This document shows, one piece after another, positions 28,838 to 36,868 of a DNA stretch of 64,000 nucleotides. Position 1 is the first letter of the stretch; every line of letters starts with the position of its first letter. The stretch spans positions 2,112,001 to 2,176,000 of the forward strand of contig OY968796.1 in assembly GCA_963695545.1 (NCBI GenBank), in the 5' to 3' direction. The translations under genes and the position numbers were made by a program. The notes under the pieces were generated by a model. That model searched no databases, was not told the origin of the DNA, and saw nothing but the letters and a program-made list of their open reading frames with translations. Source of the stretch: Terriglobia bacterium (lineage in GTDB: Bacteria; Acidobacteriota; Terriglobia; Acidiferrales; UBA7541).

Positions 28838-28878
28838 GAAACTTAGACCAGGCCTCGCGGAGAAAGATTACCGCGCGG
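28838..28878 (-). repeat. Copy 2 of the 41-bp direct repeat (ECF-like promoter upstream of the VOC gene)
   Basis: gaaacttagaccaggcctcgcggagaaagattaccgcgcgg versus 27384-27424. Confidence 0.65.
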
Positions 28879-28950
28879 GCCGCAGTCGGGCCAGTGGGTC
28901 GCCAGTCTTCATGCTCGCAGCTCGCTCGACGGGCCATCCGCCTCCAAATG

Positions 28951-28976
28951 AAAAAGGGGCGGCACATGCCGCCCCT
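28951..28976 (-). terminator. Intrinsic terminator downstream of the SDR gene
   Basis: Minus strand AGGGGCGGCA-TG-TGCCGCCCC followed by TTTTT. Confidence 0.8.
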
Positions 28977-29004
28977 CCCACGTTCCACGTGTCATCCGAG
29001 AAAT

Positions 29005-29754
29005 TTAGATTTGCCCCAGCCCGCCGTCCACGTTCAGCTCCACGCCCGTGATGTACGACGCATCCTGCGAAGCCAGAAATGCCACCGCGCCGGCTACTTC
29101 CTCGGGCTGACCGAATCGCTTCATGGGAACGCGCACCTCGATGTCCTTGGCGAATTCATCGATGGCCGCCCTCGACAGGCCGGTCCTGCCGAAGATCGGT
29201 GTGGCGATCGGCCCCGGCGCCACCGCGTTCACGCGGATGCCGCGCCCCACCAGTTCGGAAGCCGCCGTTCTCGCGAGGGAGCGCAGCGCCGCCTTCGTGG
29301 CCGCGTACGCGCTGGTTCCCGCGGTTCCTTTGGTCGAAACCACGCTGGTATTCAAAATGATTGACGCGCCGTCATTCAGAAACGGCAGCGCCTTCTGGAT
29401 CGTGAAGTAGGCTCCCTTGATGTTGATGTCGAACTGCTCGTCGTACACGCCTTCCGATGTTCCCGCGATCGGCGCGAACTTCGCCACTCCCGCGTTCACG
29501 AACAACACATCGATCTTGCCCAACTTTTGCGAAACCTCCGCGTACAACGCGTCCACGTCAGCGAGTTTCGAGACGTCCGCCTGCACCGCCACCACGCCGT
29601 TCCCGATCGTTTTCACCGCTTCATCCAGCGTTTTTCTGCTGCGGCCCGAAATCGCCACGCGCGCGCCCTCTTCCTGCAGCCGCTTGGCCGTCGCCAGGCC
29701 AATCCCGCTGTTTCCGCCGGTCACTAACGCCACTTTTCCTTCGAGTCGATTCAT
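29005..29754 (-). CDS. Short-chain dehydrogenase/reductase
   Basis: TGGNSGIG, VNAG, YAATK, VDGG. Confidence 0.95.
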   Translation of the reverse strand: MNRLEGKVALVTGGNSGIGLATAKRLQEEGARVAISGRSRKTLDEAVKTIGNGVVAVQADVSKLADVDALYAEVSQKLGKIDVLFVNAGVAKFAPIAGTSEGVYDEQFDINIKGAYFTIQKALPFLNDGASIILNTSVVSTKGTAGTSAYAATKAALRSLARTAASELVGRGIRVNAVAPGPIATPIFGRTGLSRAAIDEFAKDIEVRVPMKRFGQPEEVAGAVAFLASQDASYITGVELNVDGGLGQI

Positions 29755-29840
29755 GTCGCTCTCCTCTTTTTGCCCAATAGTTCGCCTCGCGGTCTCCGAG
29801 GCGTCGGTGCCGCCGATCTCGGCGCCCGCACCATTTAGAC

Positions 29841-29860
29841 ACTTAGATGATCATCGAAGT
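29841..29860. promoter_or_regulatory. Putative ArsR-family operator
   Basis: Imperfect palindrome ACTTAGATGATCATCGAAGT between the divergent SDR and ArsR genes. Confidence 0.55.
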
Positions 29861-29952
29861 ATGAAGATGCAGGGTTTCCTGGTCTTGATTGTGGAAAACA
29901 CGCTTATCTCTGGCGGTAAGGCAGCCCGATTCGCTACACTCTCGATCGGCCT

Positions 29953-30249
29953 ATGGTCCGCTCCGACATCGAAAAAATCTCAAAAGCCCTGGCCGACCAG
30001 ACGCGCCTGCGGATCTTCGAAGCCATCTCCGCATCGGAGCACATGAACTGTGGCCAGATCGTCTCCATGCGCGGCGTCACCCCCGCCACCGTTTCTCACC
30101 ATCTCAAGGTTTTGAGCGAAGCCGGCCTGATCGCCTGCCAGCGCGAAGGCCAATTCGTCTATAGCCGCGCCGTTCCCGAAACCGTCGCAGCCTATACGCA
30201 GGCCCTCGCGAAAATCGCGCGCGGCAAAAAGGCCCCACGCCGCCGCTGA
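29953..30249 (+). CDS. ArsR/SmtB family transcriptional regulator
   Basis: KALADQTRLRI..ATVSHHLKVLSEAGLI. Confidence 0.92.
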   Translation: MVRSDIEKISKALADQTRLRIFEAISASEHMNCGQIVSMRGVTPATVSHHLKVLSEAGLIACQREGQFVYSRAVPETVAAYTQALAKIARGKKAPRRR

Positions 30250-30349
30250 TCCACGCAATTTTCCCTGCGGGCGCCGACCACACTTGGTCGGCGGCGCGCA
30301 GCGTGCGAAAATGCCCGCCCGTGTGATAGTTTCCCGCCGAGGCCAGTAG

Positions 30350-31903
30350 ATGCAGGAAAACCGCATGGGTAATCAGGAACACTCCTTTACAGACGATATA
30401 TGGATCGCGTGGGTCCTGGGCGGAGTGGCCCTCCTCGTCGAAATGCTGACGAACGGGCGCTACGGATATTTCCGCGACGAACTTTACTATCTGGCGGCGA
30501 GCGACCACCTCGCTTTTGGTTACGTCGATTTTGCGCCCCTGATCGCGTGGCTCGCACATGCCAGCCGCTTTGTCTTTGGCGATTCTCTCCATGCAATTCG
30601 CCTGCTCCCCGCTCTCGCCTTCGCGGCGGAGGTTGTGCTTACCGGTTTTATTACAAGGGAGTTGGGCGGCAGGCGTTGGGCGGTGCTGCTGGCCTGCGTA
30701 TCGGTTTTGGCGGCGCCGGTCATCCTGGCCAACGGTGGCCGCCTTTCGATGAATCCCCTGGAGCCGCTCTTCTGGATGGGCTGCGTCTATTTCCTGCTGC
30801 TCGCCATGAATCGGCAACAGCCAAAGCGGCTGTTGTGGTGTGGTGTGCTGCTCGGGTTCGGGCTCGAGAACAAGCATTCGACGATCTTCTTCCTTGGCGC
30901 TCTTGTGGCCGGCTTGCTGGCGACTTCCGAGCGCCGGCTATTTTCGAGTAAATGGTTTTGGATCGCCGCTGCGATCGCATTTTTGGTCGCCGTGCCCAAT
31001 GTCGCTTGGGAGTACATGCATCACTTTCCCACGCTGGTGGATCTGCGGAATGTGAGAGCTATCCACAAGAATGTCGAATTACCCCCGCTCCCTTTTCTTC
31101 TAGAACAGGTCATGATGCTCGGCCCGACCAGCGTCTTTGTCTGGACTGCCGGGCTTTGTTTTCTGCTGTTCCGCCGTGAGGGGAAGCGCTACCGTGCCCT
31201 TGGCGTCACTTATCTCGTTTTTCTTGCAGTGATGATGTTTCTAAAAGGGAAGGACTATTACCTCGCTCCCATTTATCCGTTGCTGTTTGCCGCGGGGGGA
31301 GTGTTCTGGGAGAAGTTGGCGGAGGCGCGTCCTGGACTGCGCTGGTTGCGCGTCGCCCGGCCCGCCATCGTGTTCGCCGCGGGCGTTGTCGCCGCGCCCA
31401 TCGTTCTCCCGATCCTTCCACCTGCAAAGATCGTCCCTTACATGGAAGCGCTCCACATTAAGGTGCCGCGAACGGAAACCCACATGAGCGGGCCGCTTCC
31501 GCAGTACTTCGCCGATGAATTCGGATGGCCCGAAATGGTCGAGGCTGTCGCCGGCGTTTACAACTCCTTGCCTCCCGATGAGCGCGCGAAGACCGCAATC
31601 CTCGCAGGCAACTATGGCGGGGCCGGCGCGATTGATTTCTTCGGGCCGCGCTATGGGTTGCCGAAGTCCATCAGTGCGCACCAAAGCTATTACGATTGGG
31701 GTCCGAGGCAGTACACCGGCGAAAGCATAATCATGCTGGAATGGAAGCTTGAGGATGCGCAGAAGTGGTGTCGCAGCGTGGACCAGGGGCCCAGGATCGA
31801 TCCCTACTACGGCATGGATCTGGAGCATTACACGATCCTGATCTGCCACGACCTCAAGGAACCGCTTCCGGAAGCCTGGCCTCATTTCAAGGTTTGGGAT
31901 TGA
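30350..31903 (+). CDS. Glycosyltransferase family 39 (ArnT/PMT-like) membrane protein
   Basis: YGYFRDELYY, GYVDFAPL, multiple TM helices, GKDYYLAP, NYGGAGAI. Confidence 0.88.
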   Translation: MQENRMGNQEHSFTDDIWIAWVLGGVALLVEMLTNGRYGYFRDELYYLAASDHLAFGYVDFAPLIAWLAHASRFVFGDSLHAIRLLPALAFAAEVVLTGFITRELGGRRWAVLLACVSVLAAPVILANGGRLSMNPLEPLFWMGCVYFLLLAMNRQQPKRLLWCGVLLGFGLENKHSTIFFLGALVAGLLATSERRLFSSKWFWIAAAIAFLVAVPNVAWEYMHHFPTLVDLRNVRAIHKNVELPPLPFLLEQVMMLGPTSVFVWTAGLCFLLFRREGKRYRALGVTYLVFLAVMMFLKGKDYYLAPIYPLLFAAGGVFWEKLAEARPGLRWLRVARPAIVFAAGVVAAPIVLPILPPAKIVPYMEALHIKVPRTETHMSGPLPQYFADEFGWPEMVEAVAGVYNSLPPDERAKTAILAGNYGGAGAIDFFGPRYGLPKSISAHQSYYDWGPRQYTGESIIMLEWKLEDAQKWCRSVDQGPRIDPYYGMDLEHYTILICHDLKEPLPEAWPHFKVWD

Positions 31904-32658
31904 ACGAAAATTTAGTTGCGTTGGCCTCGATTTCGCTTGCCGCCGGTGGCGCCGCGGCTTGGGGTGCGGTGTATCCCGGCTCGCAATTGTTTGGGCCGAC
32001 GCTGCGGCGCACGAAGGCCCCCGGTTCAATTGCCCTCACGTTCGACGATGGACCCAATCCCGGCGTCACGCCCGCACTGCTCGATCTGCTCGAGCGGCAT
32101 TCCGTGCACGCCACGTTTTTCGTGATCGGCCGATTCGCGCGCGCTTGCCCCGATTTGATCCGCGAGATCGCGGCGCGCGGTCACGCCATCGGCAATCACA
32201 CCGATTCGCATCCATCGCTCGCCTGGCGCACTCCGCGACGCATCGCCGGAGAGCTTGCGCGCTGCCAGGAAGCCGTTGCGGCCGCAACGCAATCGCGTCC
32301 GCCAAATTGGATGCGTCCGCCCTTCGGCTTTCGCGGCCCGCAGCTCCGAGGCGCGGTGCGCCGCGCCGGTCTTGCGGGCGTGGCGATGTGGTCGCTCACG
32401 TGCTACGACTGGAAGCCGCAGCCGCCCGCGCGCCTGATCGCGAGACTCGCGCACCTGCGCAGCGGCAAGAATGCCGCGGCGGGCGCGCCACGCGGCGGCG
32501 ACATCGTCCTCCTCCACGATGGCGATCACCGCGCCCTTGGCGGCGACCGTGCACACGTGGTGACCGCGCTCGAATATTGGTTGCCGCGATGGCGCGATCA
32601 GGGCCTCGAGTTTGTTACAATCGACCAGGTGGGTGGGCGGATCGCCGAGGCGCGCTGA
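31900..32658 (+). CDS. Polysaccharide deacetylase (CE4/NodB)
   Basis: ALTFDDGP, GNHTDSH, RPPFG, IVLLHDG; probable TTG start overlapping the upstream stop. Confidence 0.92.
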   Translation: MNENLVALASISLAAGGAAAWGAVYPGSQLFGPTLRRTKAPGSIALTFDDGPNPGVTPALLDLLERHSVHATFFVIGRFARACPDLIREIAARGHAIGNHTDSHPSLAWRTPRRIAGELARCQEAVAAATQSRPPNWMRPPFGFRGPQLRGAVRRAGLAGVAMWSLTCYDWKPQPPARLIARLAHLRSGKNAAAGAPRGGDIVLLHDGDHRALGGDRAHVVTALEYWLPRWRDQGLEFVTIDQVGGRIAEAR

Positions 32659-32981
32659 TGGACGAACGCCAGTTCTACATCGAGAAGCAAGATACCAAAT
32701 CGCTGCAGCTCGTTTGCCCGAGCTGCCATAAAGAAGACGCCTATCCGATTCGCTGGATCGTGCGCACCAAGAAAAACGAATTGCCGCGCGGCGCCGGCGA
32801 AGAAGATAAGAAACGTTTCGCCGCCGCCCGCTCCTACATGGTCCGCGTCGACGAAATGGTCGCTTGTCGCAAATGCCGCAAGCGTTTCGAGCTAACCGGC
32901 CAAAGCGTCGTCCTGGTTTCTACCGGCACGCCCGCGCCCGGCTCCCCGGATTTCGATCCCGAAACCTTCGGCAACCGCTAG
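32658..32981 (+). CDS. Small putative zinc-ribbon protein (107 aa)
   Basis: TGATG coupling; CPSC...CRKC. Confidence 0.75.
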   Translation: MDERQFYIEKQDTKSLQLVCPSCHKEDAYPIRWIVRTKKNELPRGAGEEDKKRFAAARSYMVRVDEMVACRKCRKRFELTGQSVVLVSTGTPAPGSPDFDPETFGNR

Positions 32982-33015
32982 CGAGCGCGCTGTACGCCCG
33001 ATCAATCGTCAAGCC

Positions 33016-33098
33016 GTCATTCTGAGCGGAGAGGCGGCTCTTTTCTCTTTCGTCCCGACCCGGTCGGGACGAGCCGCCTCGCAGTCGAAGAATCCCTC
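33016..33098. repeat. REP-like palindromic element between convergent genes
   Basis: GTCATTCTGAGCG..GAAGAATCCC ends; GAGGCGGCTC/GAGCCGCCTC (33031-40/33071-80) enclosing GTCCCGACC/GGTCGGGAC. Confidence 0.65.
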
Positions 33099-33143
33099 TT
33101 CGATGCTGCTTCTCGCGGCGACCGCCCAAAGCGTCACGAATCC

Positions 33144-33344
33144 TCAAATTTCCGGATACATTTCAAAAAACGCTTCCACCGACTGCCCCAGCGTTCTCTG
33201 AATTTCTTCCTTGCTTCCCTCAATAATGTGCATCGTCACGCGCGCCTTGCGCCCATCCTTCAGCGTCAGCGTCGCTTCCTCCACTTGGGCCACATCGTCG
33301 GCCGGGAACAGCCGCATGCCATAAACCAGCGCCAGCTTTGCCAT
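33144..33344 (-). CDS. Small hypothetical protein (66 aa)
   Basis: AGGAGG RBS; MAKLALVYGMRLFPADD... Confidence 0.75.
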   Translation of the reverse strand: MAKLALVYGMRLFPADDVAQVEEATLTLKDGRKARVTMHIIEGSKEEIQRTLGQSVEAFFEMYPEI

Positions 33345-33486
33345 CGATTCCTCCTGTGCAATTTCAAGCCTACGCTGTGCATCTATTCGATGCAAACGCT
33401 CCCGGATGCTACTCGGGTCCCAAGTTCGGAGTTCGATCCGCGGCTCCCTCGCCACTCGCCACTTCGATACGCCGCCCTGTGAAAAT

Positions 33487-33812
33487 TATTTCGAATACTC
33501 ACAATCTACTTGACACTTTATGAATATATCTGCTATCCTCCTGCATGTTCCTCGTGAACCAATTCGAATTGTTGTCTGTCCCCACTTTTCCCGCCCTCGT
33601 CCCCGCGTCCGTCCCTTCCGTATGCACACGTGTCCGCATGATTGCGTTCGAGCAACCCGTTTGTTTTCAGAATCATGCGCACTCTTTCAAAAGAGTGCGC
33701 ACCTCATTGAAAAAAGGAGCTTTTAAGTCCCTGCATCTTCACACTCATCCGCACTCTTCTGCCGCAAATCCCGCGCTTTCAATACTTTCGCAAAAACATA
33801 CCGGGGGTGTAT
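33487..33812 (+). repeat. AT-richer intergenic element B, same architecture as element A
   Basis: TTGACA (33510)-N18-TATCCT (33534); repeated ..CGCACTCTT units; 12-bp inverted repeat at 33676-33701; ends AAAAACATACCGGGGGTGT. Confidence 0.65.
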
Positions 33813-34031
33813 ATAGGGATCTCATTTCCGATGGGGCCGTCCGTGCCCGAGAAAATAACCAAGCGTCTTGCAATCACCCGGTTCCGTGGTTTTTCTCGGC
33901 CACGGGTCATTCTGCGTCACCCAACTCCCCGGAGCACATCGCTTTCTTTAGGCATATACTCCGGACATCCGTCCCTTTCCCTGAGGCATCGAATCGCGCA
34001 CTGGCAGCACGCATGGCGAGGAGGTAAGGCG

Positions 34032-34913
34032 ATGCGAAACGCTTCTTTTGGTCTCCTGATGTGCGGCTTCCTGGCGCTGAGCGCCCAAGTGAAAGCGCAG
34101 CAAGTCGGTCCACAAGATTCGCCTCCGCCCCCAGTTGCGCAATCCGCGCCAACCTCACCGGCAACAACGACGGCCACGCCTCCGCAGAACGCGCCGCCTG
34201 CGTCGCAGCCCGCGACAGCAACTCCAGCCGCCGTCGCGCCGGCCGCCGGTGCGCCTGCCGCAGCCGCGCCCATCATCGTGCCCACCGGCACGCGCCTCCC
34301 GCTCGTCCTGCACAACGCCATCACCACGCGCAACGCGCAGCCCGGCGATCCGGTCTATCTCGAAACGCTTTTCCCCATCGTGCAGAACGACAAAATTCTG
34401 ATCCCCGCCGGCACCTACGTGCAGGGCGAAATCCTCGAAGCCAAGCGCCCCGGCCGCGTGAAAGGCCGCGGCGAATTGCGTCTGCGCTTGACGAGCATGA
34501 TTTTACCCAACGGCTATACCGTCAGCTTCATCGCCGTGCCCAACAACGCCGGCACCGGCGGAAATGAATCCGTGGACAAAGAAGGCACGATCAAAGGCGA
34601 CACCAATAAAGCCGGCGATGCCGGCACCGTGATCACGGACACCGGCGTCGGCACCGCCATCGGCGGCATCGCCGGCCGCAGCGGCGAAGGCGCCGGCATC
34701 GGCGCAGGCGTCGGATTGGCCGCGGGCCTGATCACCGTGCTGCTCACGCGCGGCCCCGAGCTTGAATTGCCGCGCGGCACCACGCTTGACGTCGTCCTCG
34801 ATCGCGATCTTCGCCTTGATCCCAACAAAATAAATTTCACCGATCCCGGCAAAGCCTCCACGCTAGCCGGCCCGCCCAATCGCGAGCCGCAGCGCAGCAC
34901 CTTTCCTTTCTAG
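34032..34913 (+). CDS. Exported TrbI/VirB10-like domain protein
   Basis: GAGGAGG RBS, signal peptide, Pro/Ala linker, IPAGTYVQGEI, glycine zipper, ELPRGTTLDVVLDRDL. Confidence 0.75.
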   Translation: MRNASFGLLMCGFLALSAQVKAQQVGPQDSPPPPVAQSAPTSPATTTATPPQNAPPASQPATATPAAVAPAAGAPAAAAPIIVPTGTRLPLVLHNAITTRNAQPGDPVYLETLFPIVQNDKILIPAGTYVQGEILEAKRPGRVKGRGELRLRLTSMILPNGYTVSFIAVPNNAGTGGNESVDKEGTIKGDTNKAGDAGTVITDTGVGTAIGGIAGRSGEGAGIGAGVGLAAGLITVLLTRGPELELPRGTTLDVVLDRDLRLDPNKINFTDPGKASTLAGPPNREPQRSTFPF

Positions 34914-34953
34914 CCGAGCGGGAACGGGGATCTGAATAAAGGAGAGATCGTTC

Positions 34954-36207
34954 TCAATCGGAATCGTCCGAAACTTTGGCGGGGTCGCGCGCGTCGCCCG
35001 GCTCGGCAAGAGACGCGAAGCGCATCGGACTGAACATTTCCCAGTCGAATGACACGCGATGTTCCGTGATCCATTCGGCGATCAATCTTGCGGTGATCGG
35101 CGCGAGCAGGATGCCGTTGCGGTAGTGGCCGGTGGCGATCATCAATCCGTCGAGGTCGGTAGGGCCGAGGATGGGCAGATGGTCGGGCGTGTCGGGGCGC
35201 AAGCCACACCAGGTCTCGACGATATCCGTGGCATTGAGGCCGGGCACGAGTTCTTGCGCGGCTTCGAGCACGCGCGCGATTCCTTCCGGCGTGACGCGTT
35301 TTTCGTAGCCCGCGTTTTCAAGCGTGCTGCCGGCGACCAGACGCTGCGGCCGCGCGTCGTCGCGCGGAACAATGTAGCCGCGGGATGAACGCAGCACGCG
35401 CCGCATCGGCGGAGCGGAAGAACGCAGCGCGATCATCTGACCGCGCACCGGACGCGTCGGAGCGTAGCGCCGCGCCGCCGCTAGGCGCGAAGAAAACGCG
35501 CCTGCCGCGAGCACAACGTGGGCCGCGCGATAGCGTTGGCCGCCGGCGATGACGCCTTCTACGCGGCCGCCGCTCGCGCCACTTTCGATGGGCGCGTTGC
35601 GCGCGCCGCTCACGATGAGCGATTCGACCTCGACGCCGCTGCGCACTTGGGCGCCGCGCGCGATTGCGGCGGCGAGCACGGCGTCGGTCAGCGCCCGGCT
35701 ATCGAGCGCGCATTCGTTCGGCAGCAGCGCCGCAGCTTTCGCGCGCCGCGAAAGCGCGGGTTCCATCGCGAGCGCATCGTGGAGAGGCAGCGCTTCGGTG
35801 GCCAGTCCTAAACTTTGGTGGAGCGCGAGAAGCGCGCCGAGTTCGCGCGTCGCGTCGCTCGAAAAGAAAAGTTCCATCGCGCCGGTTCGGCGCAATGCAA
35901 TCGCGCGGCCGGAATCGCTTTCGATCGCGGCGACAAATTCCGGATACAGCGCCAGGCTCGCCCGCGCCAGCGGCACCAATGGAATTCCATCGGCGCTTTC
36001 CGGCGAAGTTTGCAGCATGCCCGCCGCGGCCCAGGACGCTTCACGCCCCGCCTCCTGCCGATCGAGCACGAGCGGGCGCAATCCGCGGCGCGCAAGTTCC
36101 CACGCGATCGCGCCGCCGATGATTCCGCCGCCGATGATCAAAACATCGGCGAGAACATCGCCGGAAGAATTTCCGGGAACTCCGCGCGTAGCGTCGCTGG
36201 TGCTCAC
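34954..36207 (-). CDS. thiO: Glycine oxidase ThiO / FAD-dependent D-amino acid oxidase family
   Basis: IIGGGIIG, ASWAAAGML, PVRGQ, GLRP, GHYRNGILLAPITA. Confidence 0.85.
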   Translation of the reverse strand: MSTSDATRGVPGNSSGDVLADVLIIGGGIIGGAIAWELARRGLRPLVLDRQEAGREASWAAAGMLQTSPESADGIPLVPLARASLALYPEFVAAIESDSGRAIALRRTGAMELFFSSDATRELGALLALHQSLGLATEALPLHDALAMEPALSRRAKAAALLPNECALDSRALTDAVLAAAIARGAQVRSGVEVESLIVSGARNAPIESGASGGRVEGVIAGGQRYRAAHVVLAAGAFSSRLAAARRYAPTRPVRGQMIALRSSAPPMRRVLRSSRGYIVPRDDARPQRLVAGSTLENAGYEKRVTPEGIARVLEAAQELVPGLNATDIVETWCGLRPDTPDHLPILGPTDLDGLMIATGHYRNGILLAPITARLIAEWITEHRVSFDWEMFSPMRFASLAEPGDARDPAKVSDDSD

Positions 36208-36256
36208 GCTTTTATTCTACCAGCGCGCCAGCGGAGGACGCGCGTTCACGCGTGCG

Positions 36257-36868
36257 TTACAGCGATTTGACGAGTTCGTCGGAGAGGATGCGCGCTTTCT
36301 CTGCCAGATTGCTGGCGCGCACCCAATCGTCGGCGTGGATGGCTTCGTGGGCTTGCTCAAGGAAGTCGCGGACTTTTTCAACCAGGTCGTGCTGCGCCGC
36401 ATCGAGTTCTTTGCTTTCCGCGGTCTGCAGATTCTGTTCGGCGTGAGCGATGTCCGCGTTGGTGCGCTGCTCGGCGGCGGCTTGCGCTTGCGGCGTCATT
36501 TCGGGTGAGATGACCGGCGCCTCGGGTCGCGGAGTTTCCGCGGGTTTCTCCGGCTCGGTCGCCGTGGGGGCTGGCTGCAATGGCCGTGTCGTCGCGGGTT
36601 GCGGCGCGGGATTCGGCGGCGGCGCAGGAGCGGCGGGCGAAGGTGGAGCGTCAGTAGTTTGGGGCGCGGCCGGCGGCGTTGCCGGAGGATTCGCTTGGGT
36701 CGGCGGAGGTGTCGAAACCGATGGAGGACTGGCCTTCACGATATTTCGCTGGCAGCCGGCGGCGCCGATCGCGATAGCGAAGAGCGCGAGCGCGGACAGC
36801 ACAGCGCCGAACGCTCTTAAGCGCGGCTGCGGCGCGCGATTCGCGTTCGAGATTTTCGCGGCGTTCAT
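36257..36868 (-). CDS. Pro-rich lipoprotein
   Basis: Lipobox-like AAGC after a hydrophobic stretch; Pro-rich linker; helical C-terminus. Confidence 0.75.
   Translation of the reverse strand: MNAAKISNANRAPQPRLRAFGAVLSALALFAIAIGAAGCQRNIVKASPPSVSTPPPTQANPPATPPAAPQTTDAPPSPAAPAPPPNPAPQPATTRPLQPAPTATEPEKPAETPRPEAPVISPEMTPQAQAAAEQRTNADIAHAEQNLQTAESKELDAAQHDLVEKVRDFLEQAHEAIHADDWVRASNLAEKARILSDELVKSL

Noticed and set aside
32716..32730. CPSCH as a heme-binding motif
   Set aside because: The protein has no export signal and has a second CxxC, so a zinc ribbon is more plausible.
33427..33454. tRNA 3'-end-like string CGGAG-TTCGATC-CGCGG-CTCCCTC-G-CCA just upstream of element B
   Set aside because: The spacing fits a T-arm/acceptor/CCA, but the T-stem has two mismatches and no complementary 5' acceptor strand or anticodon arm is present. 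It cannot be called a tRNA or att site.
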